Positions 43,193-53,155 are shown, numbered from the stretch's first letter. The stretch is 64,000 nucleotides of DNA from Rubripirellula sp. (GCA_965216875.1 OZ244207.1:512001-576000); one strand, 5' to 3'. The notes: generated by a model from the letters alone, not told the origin. Translations and numbers: made by a program.

Positions 43193-43717
43193 ATGGACGA
43201 AAAGCGAAAACGCGAAGAATTCACACAATGCTGGTTGGAAGCTGAACCTTCGGTTTCAGCTTATGTCTTTGCGTCCGTTTCCAGCGTTCACGATGCCGAG
43301 GACGTCACCCAGCGAATTGCCCAGGAGTTGGCGCGTCGATTCGATGAGTACGATGCCGGTCGCCCCTTCGTCGCATGGGCGCTTTGGATCGCAAAGTCGC
43401 GTGTGATCGACTTCTACCGCACGCAAGGACGCAGTCGGCTCGTTTTTTCGGACGAACTGCTTCTTCGACTTGCCGAGACGATTGCCGACCAGCAAGAAGG
43501 ACGAAGCGAACGGCGCGAAGCGCTCGAGGATTGTCTTGACGAGTTGCCAAAGAAGTCTCGCCGCTTGTTGGATCTTCGCTACGTCGATGACCTCTCCGCC
43601 GATCAGGTCGCTCGAGAAATCGCCTCGACCAGCGGATCCGTGCGTGTCCTGCTAACACGCATTCGAACGGCACTGGCCAACTGCGTTCAGCGTCGTCTCG
43701 AGATGGAGAATGCATGA
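43193..43717 (+). CDS. ECF sigma factor
   Basis: Region 2 DAEDVTQ...FVAWALWIAKSRVID and region 4 LEDCLDELPKKSRRLLDLRY...VRVLLTRIRTALANCV. Confidence 0.93.
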   Translation: MDEKRKREEFTQCWLEAEPSVSAYVFASVSSVHDAEDVTQRIAQELARRFDEYDAGRPFVAWALWIAKSRVIDFYRTQGRSRLVFSDELLLRLAETIADQQEGRSERREALEDCLDELPKKSRRLLDLRYVDDLSADQVAREIASTSGSVRVLLTRIRTALANCVQRRLEMENA

Positions 43718-45234
43718 TGGAAGTTCACGATGAACTTATTGACCGCATGCTCGAGGGTGATGTCTCGGAAGAAGAAGCAGCGGAATTCGAAACGTGGTTG
43801 GAAGATCCTGCCAATCTCCGCTACTTCGCTCGCCGAGCAGAGTTGCATGTCGACCTGCGACGTTCTTTGAACCGAAGGAATATCCAGGCGGTCGCGCTGG
43901 ATCGTTGTGGCGAATCAGAACAGTCGTCACCCCAATCGAGCACCGCGACCGTCGCAAGATTGCCTCGACATCGTGTCGCGATGCTTGTCGGTCTTGCGGT
44001 GGCGGCCAGTCTCTTGTTTGCCTTCCTTCCACGAGGCGGACAAGATGCCCTTCCATCAGCGATCATTGTAAAACGAGTCGATGCGTTGTTGACAAGAGAC
44101 GACCAGCTTTGGAACGCCGGAGAGCTATCGACGGGCCGTTATGAACTGAAGCGGGGGTTGATGAACTTGAGGTTTGGCGGGAACGTTTTGGTTTACGTCG
44201 AAGCGCCCGCGCGGTTCGATGCGGTCACCGACTCACGGGTCGTTTTGCACGCGGGCCGTCTGTCGGCCAAGGTGCCTCCCGAGGGTGTCGGGTTCACGGT
44301 CGAAACACCTGAGGCTGAAGTGGTTGACTTTGGCACCGAGTTTTCCGTTGATGTCGAATCGGGAGCCAGCGAGGTGCACGTCTTCGATGGACTCGTCCGC
44401 GTTCAGCCCAGGTCGTTGGCGGAGAAGGAAAGCAAAGCGGTTGATTTGAAAACGTCTCAGGCGGTTCGCATTGCGGAATCGGCAACCACACCGGTCGACA
44501 TCCCGATTGCACGCGACCGTTTCATACGCGACTTTGACGAACGGAAAGGCCAGTACCCTCGACTCGTTCGCAAGAAACAACCGCTCGCCTACTATCGAAT
44601 GCCCATTCGTGACCGAGGGCTCGTCTGTGAACCGCCCGATTACTCGGGTGTGGTTCTTACGGGAGAAGGTAACCGACCACCGCATGCGCGCGGTGTGCTT
44701 CGGGGCGGATCGCTTCGAGTCAAAGCCGACTCAGCGGGACGCGGCGGACGCGTCGATACGTCGGCGCAGCTGGAAACCGGGCAGATGACGCTTGTCGTGT
44801 TTGTTTACTTGGAAGAGCAATCGGCGTCTGACGCAATCGTCGCGACCAACCTCAGTCGTGCCCACGGCAATTTCGAATTGTCCGTGGATTCGGATGGATT
44901 GATTCGTGCAACCATTCGCGGCGCTGACGGTGAACTCACAACCGTTCGCGGCACCACTTCGCTGTCACCCAAGACATGGCTACACGTTGTCATGACCACC
45001 AATGGAAACTCGCTGGCTCTTTATGAGGATGGTCAAGCCGTGGCGTCCGCTCCCTGCGACTCTTTGGCCGACAGTTTGTCAAAGCAACCGACTTGGTTTG
45101 GAACTGATGGCAACTCCACGCATTTGTGGAATGGGCGGCTCGACGAAGTGGCGATATTCGATAGAGCATTGACGCAACAAGACGTCAGCGAACTGTTCCA
45201 AAACGCGAGTGATGAGATAGCCGGGCTACGGTAA
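43714..45234 (+). CDS. FecR-domain anti-sigma factor with C-terminal LamG-like domain
   Basis: Single TM, FecR motif GFTVETPEAEVVDFGTEFSV...VHVFDGLV and LamG WLHVVMT...GRLDEVAIFDRAL. ATGA overlap with the ECF gene. Confidence 0.9.
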   Translation: MMEVHDELIDRMLEGDVSEEEAAEFETWLEDPANLRYFARRAELHVDLRRSLNRRNIQAVALDRCGESEQSSPQSSTATVARLPRHRVAMLVGLAVAASLLFAFLPRGGQDALPSAIIVKRVDALLTRDDQLWNAGELSTGRYELKRGLMNLRFGGNVLVYVEAPARFDAVTDSRVVLHAGRLSAKVPPEGVGFTVETPEAEVVDFGTEFSVDVESGASEVHVFDGLVRVQPRSLAEKESKAVDLKTSQAVRIAESATTPVDIPIARDRFIRDFDERKGQYPRLVRKKQPLAYYRMPIRDRGLVCEPPDYSGVVLTGEGNRPPHARGVLRGGSLRVKADSAGRGGRVDTSAQLETGQMTLVVFVYLEEQSASDAIVATNLSRAHGNFELSVDSDGLIRATIRGADGELTTVRGTTSLSPKTWLHVVMTTNGNSLALYEDGQAVASAPCDSLADSLSKQPTWFGTDGNSTHLWNGRLDEVAIFDRALTQQDVSELFQNASDEIAGLR

Positions 45235-45294
45235 CTCATGTTCGCACCCCACCTCGATTCCCTCCCCATTCCCCACCTATCAAAGTGTCTCGCA

Positions 45295-46854
45295 ATGACT
45301 CAAAGATTGTTCTCCTCTCTTCTGCTCGCCTTTCTGTGTCTGAACGTAATCGTTGCGACGGTTCGCGCTGAAGGTTCAAGGCCAAACGTGCTTTTCTTGG
45401 CCGTTGACGACATGAACGATTGGATTGGGTGTCTCGAAACGACGCCACACGCACTGACTCCCAATATCGATCGTTTGGCCGCGCGGGGAACCAACTTCAC
45501 CAACGGGCACACCGCCGGCGTGTTTTGTGCACCGAGTCGAGCGGCAATCTTTTCCGGTCAATATGCTTCGACAACCGGATGCTACAGCACGCCGAACTAT
45601 TTCGTTTCGCATCCCGAGATCGAGTCGCTGCAGACGAGCTTCAGCAAAGCCGGTTACACAACGCTGGGCGCGGGCAAGCTCTTTCACCATCCCGAGGGAG
45701 CGATCGATCAAAGAGGCTGGACCGAGTTCTTCCTCCGCAGCCAGATTCAGCGACAAACAGGTTGGCCAATGGATTCATGGAGTAGCGATACGCCTGTGCC
45801 GCAGCCTTTTCCTGCGAGCGTCTACAACAGAGGCCAGAAGTTCAAAGCAGGACTCTTCTTGGAGTGGGGCGCGATTCCCAACGAAAAAGAAGAAGAGATG
45901 GCCGACACGATTCGCGCCAACTGGGCGGCCAAACAATTGAAAAAGAAACACGACAAGCCATTCTTTTTGGCTTGCGGTTTGTACGCACCCCACTTTCCGA
46001 ATTACTGCCCGCAAAAGTATTTCGATCTTTACGATCCGGCTAAGATCGCGATGCCACCGATGCGCGATGATGACTTGGAAGACCTGCCCGCAAAGATTCG
46101 CCGACAACGAGAGAACCGCAAGCGCCTACATCACGAAAAACTTGTCAAGATGGAAGCGATGGACGACGCCATTCACGGCTACCTCGCGTGCATCAGCTAT
46201 GCCGACGCCATGTTGGGCCGGATTCTTGATGCGTTGGACGCAAGTCCCTATGCCGACAATACGATCGTGGTGTTGTGGAGTGATCACGGCTACCACCACG
46301 GTGAAAAAGGACAATGGGGAAAGCACACGCTCTGGGAGCGTACATCAAACGTGCCCTATATTTGGGCTGGGCCTGGCGTTGCGCGGAGTTCAAAGACGGA
46401 CGTGACGGCAAGCTTGATCGATATCTATCCAACTCTGGTCGAGATGTGCGGGCTCGAACAACCACACCAATCTCTTGAGGGCGTCTCACTCGCGTCGACG
46501 TTGAAGAATCCCTCCGCCGCAAAAGACCGAAACGTCTTTCTGCCATACATGTCACCCGGTGAGTACGCGATCATCAATCGCGACTGGCGGTACATCCGGT
46601 ACGGAGACGATGGCGAAGAGTTGTACAACCTGACCGAGGACCCACACGAGTGGACGAATGTCGTCGACCAACCCCAATACGCAAGTGTGATCGAAGAACT
46701 GAAGAAATCGGCACCGAGCCACTTCGCGCAGCCTGAAGTGAAACTGAACGCGCGACGTGATTTGGTGGTCGAAGGTGATTCCTTCCGTTGGGAAAAGGGC
46801 AAAGGGAACTACAAGCCTCGGCCCAAATTCCGCCCGTACACTTCCGCAAAATAG
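45295..46854 (+). CDS. Sulfatase (iduronate/choline-sulfatase-like)
   Basis: [23 protein letters not shown] and [11 protein letters not shown]. Confidence 0.93.
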   Translation: MTQRLFSSLLLAFLCLNVIVATVRAEGSRPNVLFLAVDDMNDWIGCLETTPHALTPNIDRLAARGTNFTNGHTAGVFCAPSRAAIFSGQYASTTGCYSTPNYFVSHPEIESLQTSFSKAGYTTLGAGKLFHHPEGAIDQRGWTEFFLRSQIQRQTGWPMDSWSSDTPVPQPFPASVYNRGQKFKAGLFLEWGAIPNEKEEEMADTIRANWAAKQLKKKHDKPFFLACGLYAPHFPNYCPQKYFDLYDPAKIAMPPMRDDDLEDLPAKIRRQRENRKRLHHEKLVKMEAMDDAIHGYLACISYADAMLGRILDALDASPYADNTIVVLWSDHGYHHGEKGQWGKHTLWERTSNVPYIWAGPGVARSSKTDVTASLIDIYPTLVEMCGLEQPHQSLEGVSLASTLKNPSAAKDRNVFLPYMSPGEYAIINRDWRYIRYGDDGEELYNLTEDPHEWTNVVDQPQYASVIEELKKSAPSHFAQPEVKLNARRDLVVEGDSFRWEKGKGNYKPRPKFRPYTSAK

Positions 46855-46977
46855 AACGGTTCCCGGCGCCGATACATTGGCCAGCAGGTTTTCTTGGGAC
46901 GATCCACGCTCACGCGAGCGTAGCGATGGCGATCACTCGCATTTTGCGTGCACAAACCACTGTTAGGATATCACTTG

Positions 46978-48459
46978 ATGCAACGTATTCGATTAGCGAT
47001 TTCGTTCGTCGCTTTTGCGATCATCACACTCGCAACCTCGGCATCGGTCACCGCATCGGGGGACGACAAGCCGATGAATGTGTTGCTGTTGATCGTTGAT
47101 GATCTCAACACCTGGTTGCTCGAAGACCCCGTTCGCTACACGGGTAAAGTCGTTGCGCCGAACATCCAGCGATTGGCCAGCCAGGGTGTGGTATTTCACA
47201 ACGCCCAAACGGCGAGCCCGGTCTGTTCTCCATCCCGGACTGCGTTCCTTTCTGGAGTGGCACCCTGGAAATCAGGTGTTTCGCGGAACGGGGTCAAAGT
47301 TGGCGACAGTGCCATTCTGAAAAACGTACCGTCGCTTTTCAGAACGTTTCAGGACGAAGGTTACTGGATCGCAAAGTTTGGCAAAGTGTCGCACGGCTAC
47401 GACACGGGCGTCACGTTTGATGCTTCGATGAATCACAAACGGACGCCGCCGCCACCCGGTGCACCACTCAACGGGATCGCAAAGAGCGCAAGTGGTAAGG
47501 TGACCGAACGTGATTGGGGGCCCACTCACCTTGATGAAAATGAGATGAGTGACAAGCTCCTGGCTGATGCAACGATCGAAGCCATCGAGCAAGCCACTGA
47601 ACAGCCGAATGGTAAGCCGTTCTTCATTTCATGTGGGCTCTTTCATCCACACTACCCCTGGTACGTTCCGCAAAAGTACCTCGATCTCTACCCACTCGAC
47701 GAGATCGAGTTGCCAGCGATCAAGGCCGATGATCTCGACGACGTTCCAGCCTACGGTAAGAGACTCGTGAATCGAGGTTGGGATGAGAAGATTCATGCCA
47801 GTGGCATGATTCGCGAGGCGATTCGGGGATACCTAGCGAGCGTGTCGTTTGCCGACGCGCACATCGGGCGGATCCTCGAGGCTCTCGACAGGAGTTCGCA
47901 TCGTGAAAACACATTGGTCGTTCTGATCAGTGACCATGGCTTTCATCTTGGCGAGAAGCAGAACTGGACCAAGGCGACGCTTTGGGAAGAAGCGACTGAC
48001 AGCGTGATGATGTTTCGCGTTCCCGGCGTGACGCAACCCAATCAAGTGTGCGCACGCCCCGTGTCTCTACTCGACCTCTATCCGACACTTGTCGATTTGG
48101 TCGGCGCAGCAAAGCCCAGACACCTCGATGGACATTCGCTCCTGCCGCAGCTCAGGGACGTCTCGGCCCCACGGAGCCATCCTGCAATTACGGTCTACGA
48201 TGGGCACATGGCTGTGCGCACCGAGAACGAGCGGTTCATTCGCTACTGGGATGGCACCACCGAACTTTATGATCGAAAGAATGATCCGCACGAGTGGGTG
48301 AACCAAACAGACAATCCAGCGATGGCAAGCCTGAAAAAGATCCTTGCAAGTCATCTGCCCACCCCCGACGAAATCGTCACCCCACTCCCGAGCCGCCAAG
48401 CGGGCGCCATTAACTTTGCCCCGCGCACGCCGAAGCCAACCAAGTCCAAACACAAGTGA
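46978..48459 (+). CDS. Sulfatase (iduronate/choline-sulfatase-like)
   Basis: NVLLLIVDDLN, CSPSR, PHYPW and ISDHGFHLGEK. Confidence 0.93.
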   Translation: MQRIRLAISFVAFAIITLATSASVTASGDDKPMNVLLLIVDDLNTWLLEDPVRYTGKVVAPNIQRLASQGVVFHNAQTASPVCSPSRTAFLSGVAPWKSGVSRNGVKVGDSAILKNVPSLFRTFQDEGYWIAKFGKVSHGYDTGVTFDASMNHKRTPPPPGAPLNGIAKSASGKVTERDWGPTHLDENEMSDKLLADATIEAIEQATEQPNGKPFFISCGLFHPHYPWYVPQKYLDLYPLDEIELPAIKADDLDDVPAYGKRLVNRGWDEKIHASGMIREAIRGYLASVSFADAHIGRILEALDRSSHRENTLVVLISDHGFHLGEKQNWTKATLWEEATDSVMMFRVPGVTQPNQVCARPVSLLDLYPTLVDLVGAAKPRHLDGHSLLPQLRDVSAPRSHPAITVYDGHMAVRTENERFIRYWDGTTELYDRKNDPHEWVNQTDNPAMASLKKILASHLPTPDEIVTPLPSRQAGAINFAPRTPKPTKSKHK

Positions 48460-48506
48460 AAAGAGCCACGAGAATCTGACCGTGAAACCTTTGCGGCGTG
48501 TGCCGC

Positions 48507-49295
48507 TTAGAACTCACCTCTACAGATCGCAACCTGTGTGAACAATTCCTTTGCGTTCAGGAATGCTGCCTGTCTCGCTTGATCGCTATCGAGCCCAGCA
48601 CTTTTTGCAAAGGCTGCTGCCTGGTTTGGGCCGTTTGACTCAAGCGTTTCGAAATGATGTCGTAGCAGCGTGTAGGCTTCTTCGCCCGTTGTCGTTTCAG
48701 TGATCGGAGCCATCCGGGCGGCAAGTTCATTCAGGCTTTTGTGATGTTGGAGGACAAAGGCAATGTCGTAAGCGTCTTTGGCTTTGTTCCGGCGGTCGAG
48801 AGGAAACGATTTGATCAGAATGAACGCTTCGGGGCGAACGACCTTGATGGAAAGCGTTCGCGAATGTTCGCCGCTACGATCAACATCAATCTCAACGAGG
48901 TCGTGATGATTGTGTGCGAGGTCGAGTCCAGGAAGACTTTCAATCTTCAAGCCTCCGATTTCGAGACTGCGGACGCGTTTTCCTAAGTACTGCGGAGTGG
49001 TTAGCAGGTCGACAGCGACTTCAAGCTGAATGTCGGGAACCTGCCGCACATATTGCGTTGGTGTGTCACGTTCAGAGCGGTGAAAATGGTGGCGGCAAAG
49101 GTGTTGGTGTAGGTCAATGCCGCTTTGGATGCTTTCCGGCTGCAGGAATAAGTCAACGTCCAGCGAACCGACATGTTGCTTGTTGGGATAGAGCACTTCG
49201 GGGACCCAGCCACCGATGAGTACGAAGTCGCCACACTTTGTAAGTACTTCTGCCGCTTCGATAAGAACTTTGTAGACCGCTTCTTCTCGTCTCAT
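48507..49295 (-). CDS. AbiEii-like nucleotidyltransferase (type IV TA toxin candidate)
   Basis: Pol-beta NTase motif FVLIGGW...GSLDVDL and C-terminal K...R..KDAYDI motif. Start overlaps the partner's stop (ATGA). Confidence 0.78.
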   Translation of the reverse strand: MRREEAVYKVLIEAAEVLTKCGDFVLIGGWVPEVLYPNKQHVGSLDVDLFLQPESIQSGIDLHQHLCRHHFHRSERDTPTQYVRQVPDIQLEVAVDLLTTPQYLGKRVRSLEIGGLKIESLPGLDLAHNHHDLVEIDVDRSGEHSRTLSIKVVRPEAFILIKSFPLDRRNKAKDAYDIAFVLQHHKSLNELAARMAPITETTTGEEAYTLLRHHFETLESNGPNQAAAFAKSAGLDSDQARQAAFLNAKELFTQVAICRGEF

Positions 49296-50380
49296 GATCG
49301 AATCCTTAGTTGATCGATCGCTTGACGAAAAGATTCGGCGAGGTGTTTTTCAAAGATCGCTTCAGCGGCTTCCTCGCCTCGCCCCGGCATCGCCATCAGG
49401 TCGAGATACGTTTGTAGTGGGGAAGTGGTCATGATTGGATCAGCCGACCTGCCTTGGAAGTGGCTTTCATCTTCCGGAATGAATAGCAGCAGGTTGGCGC
49501 CCGATTCGACGCGTTGCACGCCGCATGCATTGCGAAACTCATCAAGGGACTTGTCATGGAACGCTTCGGCCGAGACCAAAAACATTGCCGTTGTATATCG
49601 GACGACAGGTGCCAATCGCCAAGCAGCTGACAAGTGGGAAAGAGCATGTTCTAGGTTTTGTTCGGTAAACCATCCTGCAACTTCGTTTTCGACCTGCTCG
49701 AGATCACCACGTAGATAGAATCCGGCTTGGTGAGGAGTTGAACGACGGTAGTGCTGCACCCAATCATCCAGTAACTCTTTGGGACGCTTTAGGTAGAGAT
49801 GGTGGTCCGAGATCATCGCGTACCCTTCGTCGATCATCGCCTTTTTGATCCGTGACATCAGTCCTGGACTAACCCTGACAGCGTCATTGCGCGCCAACTC
49901 ATTTGACTGCCAGCCACGCGATGGTTCTTCCAGCATTGCACGGACGACTCGGCTTGACTTTGCCGAAAAGATGTTCAGGTTCCTGGACATCGTCTTGCCG
50001 TAGGGATTCGGTGTCCCTGTACGACTCATGAAGATGCCGTGGTTGGGAAAGACAAGTTTGCAGTTGCCCGCGAAGTCGATCCAGGAAACATTGTGCGCGG
50101 CAGCAATGTCAGCAGTACGCTCGGAAATGACGGCCGCATACAGCAAAGGCTCGACACCGAGTGAGTTGGCTTGGCGTTGCAGGTCCGCACAAACCGATTC
50201 TGCCACGGCAGGCGTGATTCGCTTGTAGGTCGCCGCCAAGATCGGGATTTCTGTCGTCTTTGGATTCGAGGCTTTGTACAGAGGCGGCTGCGAATCGGCG
50301 TCGTATTGCACGTCAAATTCGGCGATATTCGAGAGCACCTCTCGCAGAGTTTGCTCAAGTTTTGGTTCAGGGACGCTCAT
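49292..50380 (-). CDS. AbiEi-like antitoxin / HTH transcriptional regulator (type IV TA)
   Basis: WIDFAGNC, FSAKSSRVVRAML, central HTH (ELAR..VSPGLMSRIKKAMIDEGY), LLDDW and SPLQTYLDL..MPGRGEEAAE. Start refined to ATG 50380. Confidence 0.78.
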   Translation of the reverse strand: MSVPEPKLEQTLREVLSNIAEFDVQYDADSQPPLYKASNPKTTEIPILAATYKRITPAVAESVCADLQRQANSLGVEPLLYAAVISERTADIAAAHNVSWIDFAGNCKLVFPNHGIFMSRTGTPNPYGKTMSRNLNIFSAKSSRVVRAMLEEPSRGWQSNELARNDAVRVSPGLMSRIKKAMIDEGYAMISDHHLYLKRPKELLDDWVQHYRRSTPHQAGFYLRGDLEQVENEVAGWFTEQNLEHALSHLSAAWRLAPVVRYTTAMFLVSAEAFHDKSLDEFRNACGVQRVESGANLLLFIPEDESHFQGRSADPIMTTSPLQTYLDLMAMPGRGEEAAEAIFEKHLAESFRQAIDQLRIRS

Positions 50381-50383
50381 GGG

Positions 50384-50501
50384 TTTACCGTTATCCGTGC
50401 ATTTACTACGTAGTAAATATAGCTGATCCGGTAAATTTAGCCGCTCGAATTTACCAAAAAACCACAGTTTACTACGTAGTGAATTCTGCTCTAGCGGTAA
50501 A
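50384..50501. promoter_or_regulatory. Array of four 23-bp inverted sites (putative AbiEi operator)
   Basis: Two 52-bp palindromic units TTTACC-N12-TTTACTACGTAGT(A/G)AA-N12-GGTAAA at 50384-50435 and 50450-50501 (period 66). Confidence 0.75.
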
Positions 50502-50557
50502 TATCGCTGCTTTTCCCTGTAAAACGATAGAAAAACTAACCGCCACGAGTCCACGCC

Positions 50558-51541
50558 TTGAACTCCTTCACTGACATCGTCGCCAACATCACGGGCGCCC
50601 AATCCATCGAGCTTGGTGAGACGATCCAGAGCCTGTGGAGCGGTTATGGGGTCATTCAGCGTGCGGAGCTTGGCGGCGTGACGCCTTCTCGTGTCGTCAT
50701 CAAACACATCGATCTCTCGCATGCTCGAGAGAATCGTCGTGGTTGGGGTGGCGACCTTTCACACCAGCGCAAGGTGCGATCGTATCAGGTTGAGAAGACT
50801 TTCTACGAATCGTTTTCGAATGCATGTCGCGCGAGATGCCGAGTTCCAGGATTCGTCGCCGCTCAGGAACTCGACGGCGAGAGCGGATGGGTGATCGTTC
50901 TCGAAGACTTGGACGCCGCCGGATTTGGTCAACGAAAGAGCAGCGTCGGTAGGCGGGACGTGAACGCGTGCCTTGATTGGCTTGCCAGTTTCCACGCCAC
51001 CTTCATGAACTATGCTGCAGAGGGTTTGTGGCCGGTCGGAACTTATTGGCATTTGGGAACGCGGCCCGATGAATTCGATGCGATGCCGGCCGGACCGCTC
51101 AAGCGGGCAGCCAAGACGATCGATGCCCGCTTAAACGCCGCTAAGTTTCAAACGCTCGTGCATGGTGATGCAAAGGTCGCCAACTTTTGCTTTTCTGACA
51201 CAGGCGAAGACGCGGTGGCAGCGGTCGACTTTCAATACGTCGGTCGCGGCTGCGGGATGAAAGATGTTGCCTACTTCATCAGTAGTTGCTTGAGTGAGGA
51301 CGAAGCCGCCGAGCAGCAACAGGAGTTACTGGCCTATTACTTTCGGCAGCTGCAAGCTGCTCTGTTGCCACTACGCATCGAGCTCGAATTCTCGGCACTC
51401 GAAACCGAATGGCGTGAGCTCTACCCCTATGCATGGGCTGACTTTTGCCGATTCCTCTCCGGCTGGTCGCCCGGCCACTGGAAACTTAACACGTACAGTG
51501 ACCAGATCACACAATCGCTGCTCGATCAGCTCGACGCCTAG
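50558..51541 (+). CDS. APH/choline-kinase-like phosphotransferase (EcKL/DUF1679-like)
   Basis: [29 protein letters not shown] and VDFQYVG. TTG start. Confidence 0.85.
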   Translation: MNSFTDIVANITGAQSIELGETIQSLWSGYGVIQRAELGGVTPSRVVIKHIDLSHARENRRGWGGDLSHQRKVRSYQVEKTFYESFSNACRARCRVPGFVAAQELDGESGWVIVLEDLDAAGFGQRKSSVGRRDVNACLDWLASFHATFMNYAAEGLWPVGTYWHLGTRPDEFDAMPAGPLKRAAKTIDARLNAAKFQTLVHGDAKVANFCFSDTGEDAVAAVDFQYVGRGCGMKDVAYFISSCLSEDEAAEQQQELLAYYFRQLQAALLPLRIELEFSALETEWRELYPYAWADFCRFLSGWSPGHWKLNTYSDQITQSLLDQLDA

Positions 51542-51553
51542 GTCCCGCGTCGT

Positions 51554-51628
51554 ATGTACTTGTGTCATGCGAAGAATGACCAACGAATGCCCACATCGCG
51601 GATGTGCTTGTGTCATGCGGAGCATGAC
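51554..51628. repeat. Two direct copies (period 48) of the GTCATGCGGAGCATGAC palindrome family
   Basis: ATGTACTTGTGTCATGCGAAGAATGAC and ATGTGCTTGTGTCATGCGGAGCATGAC. Same core as 16953-16973. Confidence 0.75.
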
Positions 51629-51696
51629 GTAGAGTTAAAAGGAGTGATTCCCGGTGGTGGTTGTCGCCATGTTCCCTCAACGTCTTGGAGCGCATT

Positions 51697-52278
51697 TTGG
51701 ATTCGACGTCGGCAACGCTATTGATGAGAGCCAGCCGGGGGGATGATGAGCAGTCTTGGCAGCGTCTTCACGACATTTACGCGCCATTGATTCGAGGGTG
51801 GTTGTCGCGCCAGGCTGTCGTCGGAAGTGATGCCGATGATCTGACTCAGGATGTCTTGGTGGTCGTTCTACGGAAACTGCCCACGTTTAAGCACAACGGT
51901 CGGCCCGGCGCGTTTCGACGTTGGCTGCGATTGATCGTCGTCAATTGCGTTCGCGATTCGATCAAACGCAAACGCTTTGCTGCGGACTCGCAGACCGGTA
52001 TCTCGGAACTTCTTCAGCAGCTTGAAGACGAGTCGAGTTAGATTAGCCAGCAGTGGGATCAGGAACATGACTTGGAGGTCGCCCGGCGCCTGCTCGCTCA
52101 AATCGAGTCCTCGTTCGACCCGCAAACGTGGGAAGCTTTCCAGCTTCTGACCCGCGAGGAGCTGTCGGCGCAGCAGGTTGCCGAGCAGTTGGACATGCCG
52201 ATTGCGAGCGTTTATCAGGCAAAATCCCGAGTTTTGGCAAAGCTTCGTGAGTCGGCTGGTGGGTTGATCGACGATTGA
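51697..52278 (+). pseudogene. ECF sigma factor interrupted by an in-frame TAG at 52039-52041
   Basis: Region 2 (DSTSATLL...DADDLTQDVL...FRRWLRLIVVN) and region 4 (WEAFQL...VAEQLDMPIASVYQAKSRVLAKLR) are in the same frame, separated only by GAG TCG AGT TAG ATT AGC CAG CAG TGG. Confidence 0.85.
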
Positions 52279-52298
52279 CCTAAAAAGTTCTGTTTTTC

Positions 52299-53138
52299 GT
52301 GTCAACCGCGCCGCTTGAAACCAATGCGGTCCGAGTCGCAATCACCGACGCACTCGCACAAGCTTCTCTCCCGATCGCAACCGAGGCACAATTCTGGACG
52401 GAGGTGTCGGACGTGGTTGGACGCGTGATCGATTCACTCGAGATTTCCGAGCAGCAAGGAACCTCCGTTTGGGATGCTCACGAGCAGCTTGGGGCGCAGT
52501 GGGCGTCGCGTCTGGCACCGACCAACACCGTCGATGACGACGCGATCGCCTATCCGGCGGCAAGCGAGCCGATTCGCGGGTACCTGGTTGGGCTTGAAGA
52601 AGAGATTGCTCACGAAACAGGCTTGGACGCGCAAGTGGTCCGTGACGCGCTTAGCGACTCACTGGCGCAAGCCAACTTGCCAATTCGAGATGAAACGCAA
52701 TTTTGGAATGAGATGGCCGAGGTCGTGGGCACCACGATCGACGCGCTCCAGCTATCCGAAGTGCAAGGTGAATCGATTTGGAATGCACACGAGACGCTCG
52801 GTCATGAATTGTACGCCGCGGACTCGAGTCCACTCTCACCGCCAGAGAGTCCGACGGAGTTCGACGTCAACCAAGATGGGGTGATGACTGCGCTCGACGC
52901 ACTAGTCATCCTCAACCACCTGGGAGAGTCGGGCGGTTTCGACGAAGGCCAGTCGGTTGCCGATTTTGGAGCCCGCTTTGACGTCAACGGCGATGGAAAG
53001 GTATCGGCGCTAGATGTTTTGCACATCATCAACACGCTCGGCAGGACGGAACCGTCGAGTCCACAGAACGAGGCTCAAGTCGATTCGTTTTTTGAACTCA
53101 TCGGTAGCGATCAAGGGTGGGACGACGAAAGACCCTGA
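52299..53138 (+). CDS. Planctomycete dockerin type I protein with an internal repeat; probably 5'-truncated
   Basis: DVNQDGVMTALDALVILNHL and DVNGDGKVSALDVLHIINTL. Two copies of an LAQAxLPIxxExQFWxE...WxAHExLG repeat. No signal peptide. Confidence 0.7.
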   Translation: MSTAPLETNAVRVAITDALAQASLPIATEAQFWTEVSDVVGRVIDSLEISEQQGTSVWDAHEQLGAQWASRLAPTNTVDDDAIAYPAASEPIRGYLVGLEEEIAHETGLDAQVVRDALSDSLAQANLPIRDETQFWNEMAEVVGTTIDALQLSEVQGESIWNAHETLGHELYAADSSPLSPPESPTEFDVNQDGVMTALDALVILNHLGESGGFDEGQSVADFGARFDVNGDGKVSALDVLHIINTLGRTEPSSPQNEAQVDSFFELIGSDQGWDDERP

Positions 53139-53155
53139 GCCAGGTCCGAAACTGC

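Noticed and set aside
50381..50722. 114-aa N-terminal extension of the AbiEi-like ORF (476 aa in the track)
   Set aside because: It crosses the palindromic operator array and overlaps the divergent kinase gene. ATG 50380 gives a more plausible start.
52039..52041. Pyrrolysine or genetic-code reassignment of TAG
   Set aside because: Many genes in the window end normally at TAG, no pyl genes are visible, and this is an isolated case.
43100..53150. Discrete genomic island or prophage
   Set aside because: The content looks accessory, but I found no integrase, transposase, tRNA target, att repeats or phage genes.
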